Positions 1 through 12,251 of a DNA stretch of 64,000 nt are shown here, piece by piece. The notes below the pieces were generated by a model. It did not search any database and was not told the origin of the DNA. It saw nothing but the letters and a program-made list of their open reading frames with translations. The stretch spans positions 1 to 64,000 of the forward strand of contig CAWJPJ010000006.1 in assembly GCA_963844715.1 (NCBI GenBank). Direction: 5' to 3'. Positions within the stretch are counted from its first letter, which is position 1, and each line of letters opens with the position of its first letter. This DNA comes from an uncultured Phycisphaerales bacterium. Its GTDB lineage: Bacteria > Planctomycetota > Phycisphaerae > Tepidisphaerales > Tepidisphaeraceae. Position numbers and translations under genes: made by a program.

Positions 1-3000
1 TCCGTTTTTGATGCCGGATTTGGTCCGTCCATCCAGCTGAACAACGGGACAACAATTCCCACGCAGACGTTGACCACTCCCGTAGCCGGCCGAGAAATTT
101 ATCTGGATACCGACGGCAACGGACAATGGGACCCGGGCGAACCGATCACGGTAACCGATTCCAATGGCGACTACACCTTCAACAACCTCGCACCCGGAAC
201 GTACAATGTGGAAGAGATACTGCCCGCGGGGCTTAAACAGATCAATCCCGCGCAGCCGACCTACACCAACGTCGCCGTTGTCGCCGCCCAAGATACCAGC
301 GGAATTGACTTCGGAAGCGTGGCCGGAATCAATGGCTATCCACCCGTAATTACAAGCACCCCGGTCACGACGGCAACGGTGGGCACACTTTGGACTTATA
401 AGATTAGCGTTTCCGATCCAATCCGGTGACATCCTCACCTACGATTTGCCCGAGCATCCCGATGGGATGTATATCGATTACAGCAGCGGCCAGCCCGTAT
501 TGACGTGGCAAGTCCCGTCAGACCCCAGCCAATACGGCCAGGTCCTGCTGCGCGTCACTTCCGAAAACGGGGCCTCGGCGATTCAGCCAATCACCATCTC
601 CTTGACGACCGCGACTTACGTTCAAGGGTTGACCGCATACACCGACGGAACCTCTTCGAACGGCGACCAGGATATCGTGGAGTTGAGTTGGGATGCGTAT
701 CAAGATCCGGTGGACACGAGCACGACCCCAGTTTACTACCTGGAACGAAGCACCAACCCAGACTTTACCGGCGAGACCGACACGATGGGTCCGGATTGGA
801 TTCCAATTACTTCGGAATTTGGATTCAGCACGGTAACGGAGAACGGCCAGGTCTTTACCGTTGACCGATTTCTCAATACATACAGCGATGGCACTAGTCA
901 GTTCGTGCCGGGGAGTACTATTTATTACCGGGTCGTCGCCGCATTTGGTCCAAACAATTACAACTCGAGCACCCCCGTGCAGCTTGTTCCCCAGACCAGC
1001 AGCGTGATTTATTCATCCGCCCTTCCGCCTGGCGACCTTCCGCCGGTTTCGGCTACGATTCCCGCTCCGACAAGTACGCCCGTTGCGCCCAGCGGACTCA
1101 CCGCCACCGCAAATTCAACCACCGGATCTATTCAGTTGGAATGGTATGCGAACGCCACCTTCTACAGTCCGACGAACGCATTTGAGATTTTGCGAAGTAC
1201 AAATCCGGATATGAGTAGCCCGGTCGAAGTCCTGGGTCCCACATTAAGCAGTTCGAGTCAGTTCGGGACACACAGCGACAGGACGCCGGATCAGACCTAT
1301 ACGTCGTCGTGGACGGATTCAACCGCCTCGGTCGGCACGACCTATTACTACGAAGTATTCGCCGAGACGGTTTCCAGCGGTATCGCAACGGCGACCTCTG
1401 GCCCTTCAAACACCGCCAACGCCGTCATAATCGGCCCCAACGCGCCCCAAGGTCTGACGGCGGGTTGGAGTTGGAACAACAGTAACTATACACAAATAAC
1501 TCTAAACGCTTCAGCAACCGGCAGCGGCATAACCTACTACTGGACCCTCGGCAGTTCCCCGGCGGGTGCAGCGCCAACGGTGCTGCCCGGAACAACTCCG
1601 CTGAGCACCCTGACGCCGACACCCGGACAATCGATCAGCCTTCAACTTTACAGTGCCGACACGCTCAACCCGGACAATTCCGTAACTTCTTACACATTTT
1701 ATGTATACGCGACGAACAGCAACGGGCCCTGCGCCTATCGAGTTGACGGTCAATATTCCCCAGGTGGCTTCTAATATTCCGACTATCACACCGGCAACTG
1801 TGAAGCTGGCCCCCGGCGCAACCACGCTCTTCTCGGACGTGGTCACCGACCAATTTGGGGACGTGATCCCAAGCTCGCTGCTGACGCTTAATTGGAGTCT
1901 TAGCTCTTCGAGCATCGTCAGCAGCAATGCCGACGGTTCGATAACCAGCGCCGGCTTGTATACGGAGATCGGCGGCTCAAATCAGGTGTGGGCGGTCGCA
2001 ACCAACCAAGCGGTGGCGGCGACTTCAAATTCGCCCGGGGTCCCTTTAACCACAATTTATTCAAGCGCTTCCGCAAGCGTCACCCCTTTGGCCACCTACT
2101 TGCCCGCGCCGGCGACGCTCACGGCTATGGCCACGGCCGAGACCCAGATTCAACTCACCTGGGCCACCGTTGCGCACGCCTCGAGCTATCTTCTCACGCG
2201 GCAGAATCCCGATGGCACGGTTACGACAATCTCCGTTCCGCTTCCGTCCGGTCCGCAGCCCCTGACAATGACCTATGACGACCCAGCGGAACTCGCCGGG
2301 GCGCTTTCGCCGGACTCAGCCTATACGTACACCGTCCAGGCAGTAGACGACAGCGCGGGCGATTATTCCGGCGGCTATGCTTACGGACTCTCGCCGGCAT
2401 CCCCCGCCGCGTCCGCGACCACTTGGCAGGTTCCCACGGCGCCGACAGGTCTAACCGCTACAACGGTCAACAACAGCGAAATCGAACTCACCTGGCAAGC
2501 GTCCTCGGATCCGAACGTTGTCGGCTACCAAATCCTGTATGCGATAGGCGAAGTGAACGGTAACGCCACAGCGGAGCCGGTTTCACCGTTTTATCCTCTG
2601 ACGCCGCCAGGTTCTGTGGTCGTCGATCCGTTCTACTACGTGCAAAACCTTGAGCCCGATACGATCGACTATTACGAAGTCGTCGCCATGACCCGGCCCG
2701 ATCTGGATGAGGGTTCAATCCCATCGAACTACGTGCAAGGTTCCGTGCCGGGTTTGAATCAACCCGTCAACCCCATTCCTGACGGGCCTGCGGCACTGAC
2801 CGCTGAGTTTGCCGGCGATCCCGGCAGTGGCATCGGCCAGGTCGACCTCGAATGGACCCCGGTGGAGGGCGCGACGAGCTACAGCGTGTACCGCGCCACG
2901 ACCCCCGGAGACGTTCTATTCAACGTCGTCACCAACGCCAGCGGGCTGATCGCAACGACCACCAACCCGTACTTCATTGATTCGGTCAACTACATCACGG

Positions 3001-6000
3001 ATGACGCCACGAATTATTACTATCGCGTTACCGCGACGGTGAATGGTCCCAACGGACCCGAGACGACTTATCCTTCGGAGGAGGCCGATGCGAACTTGAC
3101 CAGCGTTGCGGCCCCGACGAACTTCGAGACATTACAGGCGACCAGTGTCGCCGCCGATCACGTATCACTGAGCTGGACGTATCCCGATCCAACTTTATCG
3201 CCGGGCGCCGCGCCGGATGAATATGGATTTGACGTTTATAGCCGGGTTCACGACACCTCCACATGGACGCTGCTGGCGACTCTTGATCCTACGCAAACGA
3301 CGTTCACGGACTATACGGTCGACGCGGGCACCACATATGATTATGAAGTCACCGCATTTAATTACATGCCCCGGGTGTCCAGCAAACGGCTTCCGATACC
3401 TTGCTTAATGTCGCCGTGCCCGGCCTGGGTTCCAACCCACCGACCCCGCCAGGCGCGCCGGCATTAATCTCGCCCCAGGAGCCATACGATGTGTCCATTG
3501 AGTGGGCGGCCGGACAGAATCCACCTTCGGGCTATACGCTCGAGTATTTGATTTATAGAGAGTCGTCCTCTTCGGGGCCCTGGACGCTTCTCGATCCGGG
3601 CGGCCAAACCGGCACCACATTCACCGACAGTTCGGCGTTGCCCTCGAGCAGCACCGCTAATCCACAAACTTATATTTATGAGGCTCGCGGCTTCTACTCC
3701 AACGGAACGTCCACATACGTATCCGCGGCGTCAGGCACGTTGACGATAACGATGCCCCTGGCCAATACGCCGCAGGTCTCGATCAGCACTAATGATATTC
3801 CAGGATCGGGGAGTTCCGTCCCTGGCACGATCCCTCCGACGCTTAGTTCAATCACGGAGATCGATGGAGTCGCGACGGATGGAGGCGCGGGTCTGAGTCA
3901 GTGGACGCTGTATCTGGTGCCGACGTCTAACACCAATTTGGCAAATATTACAGTGGCGACCGGCTCCAACTCAATTGGCGCCTACAATGGTCCCGCTTCG
4001 TTCATTACAAATCTGAACCCGTCCCTGTATCCGGCCGGCACTTATGAACTTCTGCTTTCAGCCAATTTTAAGGAGAACGGCGGCGAGACCATAACGAGTT
4101 CAGAAGTGATTACGATCACCATTCCAACCCATGCGCAAATCGGCAACTTCACTCTGCCCGTCACCGATATGACCGTCAATGTCCCCGGTCAGGCGCCGAT
4201 CGTGATCAGCCGAACTTATGACTCGAGCAAAGCATCGGAAGCGGAAAGCCTTGGCTACGGTTGGCAACTGGATTTGTCCGGGGCGCAAGTCCAAACGACG
4301 GCTACCGGCAACGCCTTTCAATTCGGCGATCTGATCTACATCACGCTGCCCGATGGGGAGCAGCACGTCTTCCAGTTCATACCGGCTCCGGACAACTACG
4401 AAACAACCGGCGACCCCAATCCCCTTGACTACTACAACGTAGAGTTTGGCAACTATGCCCCGAGTTTTGTTTGCGTCGACGGAAGCGGCGCCAAACTCAC
4501 CGTTGGTGGCGAAAACGACTTTGACCTCAGTTACGTTGACGGCCAGTTCATTAATCAAACCACGGGCGACCCCTTTGACCCGCTCACCAGCGGCACGTAC
4601 ACCGTGACCACCACCGACGGCACCGTCTACACCTTTGCCGCCAGCATGAGCAACCCGGGCACGCTGGAAAACTCGGTCGATGCCAATGGCAATGAGACCA
4701 ACTACAATTTAGACGGTGGAACAGTCATCCAAAGGGGCGGCGTTTCCGTCCATATCAACTACGAGAGAATTGACGCCGCCGGCAATTCGATCGATGTCAT
4801 TGGTTCCATCACCGCCGGCAACCAAACCGTCAACTATTTTTACGACGCCGATGGAAATCTGGAATACGTTCAGCAGCCGCAAACCCCCGCCGGCAATTAC
4901 ACCTTCACTTATGTTTATAACGATCCCGCCGACCATTACCTGAGCTCTGTTAAGAACGGCTTGAACAACACGGTCATCACGATCGGCTATGACCCGGCCA
5001 CCAATCTTTTCGACGAAGTCATAGCCGGCGGCGGCGCCGATACGTCTACCATCGCCACGGCGCTCAGACCGATCAGACCGACCAGGTCCTCACCGCCCCC
5101 AATAACAATTCCACCCAGGATATCTACGACAGTGAAGGCGACGTCATCGAGCAGATCCAAACCATCACCGATAGCTCCAACAACATCACCGGCTATCTCG
5201 TCACCTGGCACGCCTTTGACTATAGTTTTGCCAATATCGAATCGGCGGTCGAAGACGGGTTCAGCGGCGAGAATTTCCTCGCCGGCGAAACCGATTACGT
5301 CCCCTACATGGTTTCCGGCACCGATCCCGCCGGCCAGCGCGTATAAGCAACCGGCGGAATTACAGATTTCGCAGCAAACCGAGTATTACCAAACCACTGA
5401 CGATGCGAACCCGGCCGATTTCGGCCTGGTCAAGTCCGTTTCCGTCCTCGGCGCCAGCGGCGCGCTGGAGACCACGACGTATTCCAATCCCACGGGGGCG
5501 CCGGAATACATCGACGGCAATCCCGTTTACGTCGAAGACCCGCAAGGAAACATCACCCACAATTTCTACGACGCCGGCGGCAACCTGCCTCGAGACGCAG
5601 GTCCACGATTCAAAGGGCGATCTCCTCAGCGATTCCATCTATACGTACACGACGACCAGCGACTTCAACAATTACGGCGTTCCCGCCGGGCTCTTGATCA
5701 GCGAGTCCAGCCTCGGGCCCACCGGCCAGATGGTGCAGCAGTCGTACAACTCCTACTATGGCAATGATGTCGCCGCCTCCAGCCCCAGCTACGTGGCGGC
5801 CATTCCTTCCGGCAGCTTCGACGTGGCCGGCGAACTGGCCGGCACCACGGACGTCAGCGGCGTCACCCACTCTTACAATTATGACGCCGATGGGAATCAG
5901 ATCAGCGACAGCTATGTCTGGCACGATCCTTCCGCTCCCAACGACCCCTCGCAGGACGAAATCGTCACCACCACAACCGTCTACGACGCCGCCGGGCGGG

Positions 6001-9000
6001 TCATTTCCACGACCACCGGTACGGTCACCACTTTGAACAACGCGACCCTTGTGTCGGGCGTCACCACCAGCACCGATTACAACGCCGCGGGCCAGGTGGA
6101 ATCGACCACCGATGAATACGGCCAGGTCACCCAATACGTCTACGACGCCGACGGCAACCTCATCCAAACCCTCTATCCCGACAACACCAGCACGGAAACC
6201 ATCTACGATTCGGAAGGCAGAGCGATCCTGACCACCGATCGGCATGTCGTGGGCGACTCCGGGAATGCCACACTCACTGTTTATAACAGCCTGGGCCAGG
6301 TTGCCGAGACCCAGCGCGTCGCCGACGTCGCCGCAACCGTCGGCGCGGTATCCGGAATGACTGGTGTGGACCAGGTCACGGCGGTCAGCGGCGCCGGCCT
6401 CACTTCCACGGAAACCGGCGGGATTTACGTCTGGGCCGTGAACCCGACTTTCACCGGCTGGTTCTCGCAGACCAGCACCACCTATAACCCCGACGGCACG
6501 GTCGCCAGCACCACGGATGCGGACGGCCTGACCACGGACTACACCTATTATCCCAACGGCCAGCAGGAAAGCGTCACGCAGGTGAGCGTTCCGGTGTATG
6601 GCGCGACTGGCGGCGTCGAAAACCTCACCACGACCTACCAGTACAACTCCATGGGCCAGCAGAGCGACGTGACCGATCCCCTCGGCAACACGACCTCGTA
6701 TGAATATGATCCCCTCGGCCGGCTGATCTCCACCGGCTACGCCCCGGCGGTCAGCGTGGGGTCCACCTCCCTCGTCTCGACCACGACCAGCGAAACCTAC
6801 GATCCGGCGGGGAATAAGATCACCGAGACGGATCAGCTTGGCCGGGTCACGCAGTATAAGTATGACGATGCCGGCGATCTGATTGAAGTGGATCAGCCGG
6901 AGGTTTTGAACCCGGCCACCAATACGATGACCCCGCCGACGACGAGTTACGTCTACGATCAGTACGGCGACGAGTTGATGCAGATCGACGCCAACGAACA
7001 GGCGGCGTATCAGGCCTGGATCAGCGCCGGCAACACGCCGGAAAGCTTCGCCGGCCCGGCCACGCGGTATACCTACAATGCCCTCGGCCAGGAAACCTCG
7101 GAAACGCTCCCCGACGGCGAGCAGGAAACGACCCAGTACGATCAATTCGGGCGTGTTTCCTACTCCGTCGACTTCGACGGGAACGTGACGGCTTACACCT
7201 ACGACGACTCCGCCACCGGCGACGGCCGCGTGACGGGAGAATATTTCTTCCTCCCCGGTGTCGTGTTCGAAAGCAACAGCGGCGCCGTCATCACGACGAA
7301 CGCGTCGGAGAGCACAACTTACACTTACACCTTGCTCGGGCAGCAGGAGAGCGTGACCGACTCGAGTCCCACCGCGCCTATACCGCCGATGGCGCGACGA
7401 CTTACACATACGACGCCAGTGGTAACGTGATTGAGGAAAACACGCCGGAAGGGATTATCAATTATTATTACAATGCCCTGAACCAGCAGACGGACATGTG
7501 GACGGGGAACGTCACGTATGCCAATCGCGACACCGCCGAGACGTGGACGCAATATGGCTACGATTCCCTCGGCCGCCTGACCACAGTGACCCAAAGCCGC
7601 CTCAATGACCAAACCGTGAATCTGGTGACCACCTACGCCTACGACGCCAACGGCAACAAAGCCTACGAAATGGACCCTAATGGGGACATCACCACGTATG
7701 TATATGATGCACAGAATCGCCTCACCGGCGAGTTGGTCAAGAATGGCAGCACGACGCTTTATAGCGGCAGTTACATCCTCAACGCCGACGGCACCAGAAA
7801 GTCCGACTCCGAGACGGAGTTACAGCCCGGCGGGACCACGGCGACCCTATCTACGACATGGACGTATGACGCCCTGGACCGGCTGACGGGGGAGACGATC
7901 ACCAGCAGCTTGTCGGGCGGAAGCCAGACCGAGACCTGGTCGTACGATATGGACGGCAACCGGGTGAAGCAGGTCAAGGTCGCCGGCGGCGTGACCGACA
8001 CCACGACTTACACGTACAACGGCGACGACCAGATGACCCAACAGGTGGACAGCGCCACCGGGACCACCACGTTCGGGTATGACGCCAATGGCAGCCAGAC
8101 CAGCAGCACCAATGGCAGCGCCGTCACGACGTACGCGTACAATGTGCGCAACCAGCTCAGCAGCGTCACGACCGGCGGCGTGACGACCAGCTACCAATAT
8201 GATGACTCCGGTAACCGGGTGAGCGAGACGACCGGCGGCACGACGACTTACTACCTGATCGACGCCAACAACCCGACCGGCTATCCCAAGCCGATCGAGC
8301 AGTGGGTCAGCACGACGGGCAGCAGGTCCACCGCCACGTTGAGCATGAGCTACATCATCGGCGACCGGGTGCTGGCGCAGGCGAACAGCGGCGGCGCGGT
8401 GAGCTACCTGCTGGTCGATGGCCAGGACAACACGCGGGCGCTGGTCAACTCGTCGGGCGCGGTGACGGCGGTGTTCAACTATGACGCCTTCGGCAACCCC
8501 ATCGGCTCGTGGAGTCTGACCACCGCGCCGACGACGATCCTGTTCCAGCAGACGATGGTTGACCCGGCTTCGGGGTTGAACTTCGACGGGGGTCGTGAGG
8601 AAAAGATCGGGCAGGACAGCTTCATCGAAGCCGACCCGCCAGGTTACAGCAGCAACCAGAATCCGATCACGCTGAACTCGTACCTGCTGGACGGCGCGGA
8701 TTCGATCAACATGGTGGACTCGAGCGGACACGACTTTGGTCTAGGCGACATCTTATTGTCTGCCGGCATTGACTCCGAATTAGATTCAATTGAGTTCACC
8801 GGCTTCTCGGCGGCCTTCAAAACGGTACAAGGCGTTCAGGATGGAGAAAGCGCGAACCAGATTTTTGAAGGCTTCCTTATCGACCAAGCGCTCCAGGTCA
8901 CCGCGATCGTCGGCCTCGCTGCTGCCGGCAAATTGCTTGGCGGGCTAATAGATGGCAGTTTAGCAACAGCGCTTACTAACGAAGCTTCAAACCCTGCGGA

Positions 9001-9457
9001 GCAAGCGACAACGCTGGCGGAAAGTGAAATAGCAAACTCATTCTCCAACTTGGGAGCCGGGTTTGCCGAGAATAATGCGACCGCGCTGAATGAGTTCCCG
9101 GCTGGCTCAGCCTTCTCCGGTGTATACAATCCAGAGACAGGGCGCTTTCTGGCATACCCGAGCGGCGATACCTTGCTGGCTGATGGATCAGTTCCGCTGA
9201 ACAGGGTTGCGCGAAGAGCCGGTCACGGCATCGTCAATAACGTGTTCAGCCAACTGATCGGGGTAGACCCTACTTCAAATCTGGGCTTTACGTTATTCCG
9301 GGAAGACGATGGGACGTTCTCCGTCGAATGGTTTTCTGGCAGTGTCAATGGTCCGAACCCATCATTCGAAGGACCTATAGTGCCAGTGTCGATGCGGCCG
9401 CAGGTCATCAATGCGATTGAAAATGCAACCGGGCGCACTGTTACATCAGAGGAGTAA
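1..9457 (+). CDS. Giant Rhs/YD-repeat polymorphic toxin (5' end outside window; split by indels). SdrD-B-like and Ig-like domains, FN3 repeats, Rhs core, C-terminal Ntox43-like toxin.
   Basis: Consecutive ORFs 70-429, 446-1774, 1701-3467, 3401-5767, 5403-7430 and 7427-9457 form one domain series: DTDGNGQWDPGEP (SdrB-like), PTGLTAT...YYY.V.A (FN3), ISRTYDS, many YDxxGN repeats, cleavage-type motif NMVDSSGHD. The tip FSGVYNPETG...RRAGH...WFSGSVN resembles Ntox43 from memory. The paralog at 38.9 kb lacks the ~7375 frameshift. Confidence 0.88.
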
Positions 9458-9906
9458 TGGATATGGCTATTCAGGTCAGTGGTCTTCCCCTTCCGGCCGC
9501 TCTAGTGGCCGCATTGGAAAACGGCGTCTGGCAGACGCCTAGAACCCCGACTGTGTGGCAATCGCTCTTCCCGCACACAAAGGCGCGTCATGCTAAACTG
9601 TATAGTCTGAAAATGATCCAAAGCGAGAATGCTTCTTGGCCCAATGAGTCACGTCCTTTCTATGTTGGACGGGCGGACGAACATCGTCCGCCCGGTGACA
9701 TCGACCCTGCCAAGTCGCTTCTGATTGCCGATCTCGGTCCCGACAAGATGATTGCCTTGGATTACCGGGAGTCGTCGAGTCGCCCGTCAGTTCTGTATAT
9801 TACTGATGACCCGGATGGGTCAACTCGGTGGATTAGAGTTGCGCCCGACATCGAAACATTCATTCGCGCACTCGGCCTCGAAGCGGTGGGAACCCAAACG
9901 GGTTGA
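9457..9906 (+). CDS. SMI1/KNR4 (SUKH) family immunity protein
   Basis: Coupled to the toxin stop (TAATG). LPLP near the N-terminus and IALDYR...PSV...VAPDIETFI at the C-terminus fit SUKH. Confidence 0.8.
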   Translation: MDMAIQVSGLPLPAALVAALENGVWQTPRTPTVWQSLFPHTKARHAKLYSLKMIQSENASWPNESRPFYVGRADEHRPPGDIDPAKSLLIADLGPDKMIALDYRESSSRPSVLYITDDPDGSTRWIRVAPDIETFIRALGLEAVGTQTG

Positions 9907-9947
9907 ACTGCGCACCATCCTGCGTTAGGTCTTCTCCTCATCACCCT

Positions 9948-10288
9948 TCTATGAGCCGAGCCGTGTCAAGTGTGTTGACGTTGCCAGGGAGCGAGTCGGT
10001 CGTTTTAACCTTCTATTCAGAGCTTCCGCGTCCGGCATGGCGGAAGGGCAAGCCCTCCGTTTGTGCCGGGAATCGCGGGCCTATTCAACTGTACAATGCG
10101 GCAGGATGCGGAGGGCAAGCCCTCCGAATGCCCGCCAGCGCGACGCCCATTCTGTAGCGCGAGCTTTGCGAAGGGTTTTGCGCCTCCGATGGCTCAGGGA
10201 CGACAACGGGCTGTCGCTGATGACGACCGGCAAACTCCGCCAACGCAACATCATTGACCTTTCCTCTTTAGCTGCCTTCTTCCGATCA
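9948..10288 (-). ncRNA. Predicted bridge/seekRNA region of IS element A
   Basis: Minus strand carries GTCGTCCCT (10204-10196) and GCTACAG (10158-10152), matching both halves of target GTCGTCC-CT-GTAGC, plus ATAGAAG (10016-10010), matching the IS end and core. Transcript boundaries unknown. Confidence 0.75.
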
Positions 10289-11365
10289 TCACGCCGGCGT
10301 CGGCATTCCCGTCGCCGCCGCGTGGTCTTTCCAATCGGTTCCATCGCGCAACATGGCCCACAGCTTGACCAGCAGCCTCCGGGCCACGGCGACGATGGCA
10401 ATCTTCTTTCGCTTGTCGCTGCCGCGGCGGACGTTCTCATACACCTGCTTCATCCAGGTGTTGGCACGCACGCCCAGCCAGGCGACCTCCACCAGCAATC
10501 CCCGCAGCAGGCGGTTGCCGGCGTGGCTGATGTGGCCCTGGCGATCGCTTTCGCCGCTCTGCCAGCGCCGTGGTGTCAGGCCCGAATAGCTGCTGACCTG
10601 CCGGGCACTCTTGAAACGATGGGGATCGTCGATGATCGTGACCACCGCCTCGCTGAGGCGCGGGCCGACCCACGGGGCGGTCCTCAATTGCCTGACGCGC
10701 TGATCCGCCCTGGCCAGTTCCGCCAGCTTCAATTCCACCTGCCTGATCTGTTCTTCCAATCCCTCCAGCAGCTTGAGTTCCACATGCAACTGGAAACGCC
10801 ACAACTGTTCCGCCGGCGCTGACGCATCCTGCGCCGCCTTGCTCCATTCGACGATTCCCGCCGCCGCCCAGGCTTTGTCACCGGCGGGCAGCTTCAAACC
10901 CTGGCGCTCGAAGATGGCGCGGATGTTGTTCTTGATCATGGTTCTTCGGCCCACCAGGCCGTGGCGGTATTCGATAAACGACCGCCATTGCCTCACCTTC
11001 GTCGCCGGCATGTGGACCGTCGGCAGGCATCCCATCTCCGACATCTGCGCCAGCTTCAGGGCATCGGTGCGGTCGGTCTTGTTCTTCACCAGCTTCCACT
11101 GCCAACGCTGGTCGTTGGCGTTGGCGACCTGGATCGGGATGCCCAGTGTTTCGGCTAGGTCGTGCACCCATCCCGCCGCCGGTCCCGCCTCAATCACCAG
11201 GCGGTCGGGGGCGCGGTGGGTGAGCAAGTCGTGAATGGCAGCGGGATCAGTGGCCACCTTGCCGAACTCATGTTCGGCGGCTTTGCCTTCCATCGTGCCG
11301 TGATCGGTGATGTAATCCACAAAAACGCTCTTGTTCTTACCGAGATCGATGGCGAGAATCTTCAT
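10289..11365 (-). CDS. IS110 family DEDD transposase/recombinase
   Basis: MKILAIDLGK, VIEAG, KTDRTDA and SYSGLTP motifs; intact frame. Confidence 0.93.
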   Translation of the reverse strand: MKILAIDLGKNKSVFVDYITDHGTMEGKAAEHEFGKVATDPAAIHDLLTHRAPDRLVIEAGPAAGWVHDLAETLGIPIQVANANDQRWQWKLVKNKTDRTDALKLAQMSEMGCLPTVHMPATKVRQWRSFIEYRHGLVGRRTMIKNNIRAIFERQGLKLPAGDKAWAAAGIVEWSKAAQDASAPAEQLWRFQLHVELKLLEGLEEQIRQVELKLAELARADQRVRQLRTAPWVGPRLSEAVVTIIDDPHRFKSARQVSSYSGLTPRRWQSGESDRQGHISHAGNRLLRGLLVEVAWLGVRANTWMKQVYENVRRGSDKRKKIAIVAVARRLLVKLWAMLRDGTDWKDHAAATGMPTPA

Positions 11366-11490
11366 GGCCGAGTCCTTTCTCAAAGGATGACGTTTGAGCC
11401 GCCCCACGCGGGGTGAGCTCGTGTAATAACCGGAGATTTTATGCTCCGTGTTCAACGTCCCGAGGAAGGCTCGGCTTCATAGTTTCTGTA

Positions 11491-11560
11491 GCTCCGTCGC
11501 GTCGGCGTCGGCCCTCGCCCAGGAGCGCAGCGCCGGGGGCCGATGACGAGGCGATGGAGC
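11491..11560 (+). repeat. Conserved 27-bp-stem hairpin at the element left end (also 23569-23638 and 34075-34146)
   Basis: GCTCCGTCGCGTCGGCGTCGGCCCTCG pairs with CGGGGGCCGATGACGAGGCGATGGAGC; three copies in the window. Confidence 0.85.
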
Positions 11561-11714
11561 GCAAGGGCGATGATTCCCTGGTACCTCCAGAGCGGAGCGC
11601 TGAGGCTTCCGCTGAATCGGGATCGGCGGCTAAAGAAAAAACCGAGTGGTCCACCGCGCCCGCCGGCGTGCGCGTGTTGAGCGTTCAACCCACTTCTTTT
11701 TTAGCCGCGGTTGT

Positions 11715-12086
11715 TCAGGATGCTTTGGCCAGTGAGTTGATGAGACGAATGACGGCGCGCTGATCCTTGTGAGGCAGGCGCGTGACCTGGCGGAACTTCT
11801 TCCAGAGCCGGCGCACGTTGGGATCGTCCTGCTCGCTTCTTCCTTTAGTCGTCTTGCCGTTCTTCATGCCAAGCAGTTCATCGGCGCTGACGCCCAGGGC
11901 GTCGGCCAGTCTGATGATCGCGTCCACCGGGGGATAGTCGGCTTCGTTCTCGTAGTAGGTGATGGCGCGTTGCGTCGTGCCCAACGTCTGCGCGAGTTGG
12001 ACCTGGGTGATGTTGCGGGCCTTGCGCAGCTCGGCCAGCCGCCGACCAAAGCCGGTCTGTTCGGGTTGTCGGGCGATGCGTGGCAT
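11715..12086 (-). CDS. XRE-family HTH repressor (allele 1)
   Basis: RLAELRKARNITQVQLAQTLG...YYENE...LADALGVSADELLG; divergent from the primase gene. Start chosen by similarity to the other two XRE copies. Confidence 0.9.
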   Translation of the reverse strand: MPRIARQPEQTGFGRRLAELRKARNITQVQLAQTLGTTQRAITYYENEADYPPVDAIIRLADALGVSADELLGMKNGKTTKGRSEQDDPNVRRLWKKFRQVTRLPHKDQRAVIRLINSLAKAS

Positions 12087-12251
12087 GTCGTCGGTGATGG
12101 TAAACCGCATGGGAATCTTCTCCGCAAGAGGGGCGAGCGCTTGCAATATACGTTAACGCGGATACTCTCTTGCACGGATATTATCCATGAAAAATATTTT
12201 ACTTTCCAGCGGATATTGCTTGACCGGGTTCCACGGAAGGAAGGCAAAAGC

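Larger units (their letters stand above)
9948..11485 (-). mobile_element. IS110 family, IS1111 group element A, copy 1
   Basis: Sub-terminal IRs CTATGAGCCGAGCC / GGCTCGGCTTCATAG; CT core at 9946-47 and 11486-87; ~340-bp non-coding region 3' of the transposase; second copy at 32532-34069; empty site at 23557-23570. Confidence 0.92.
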
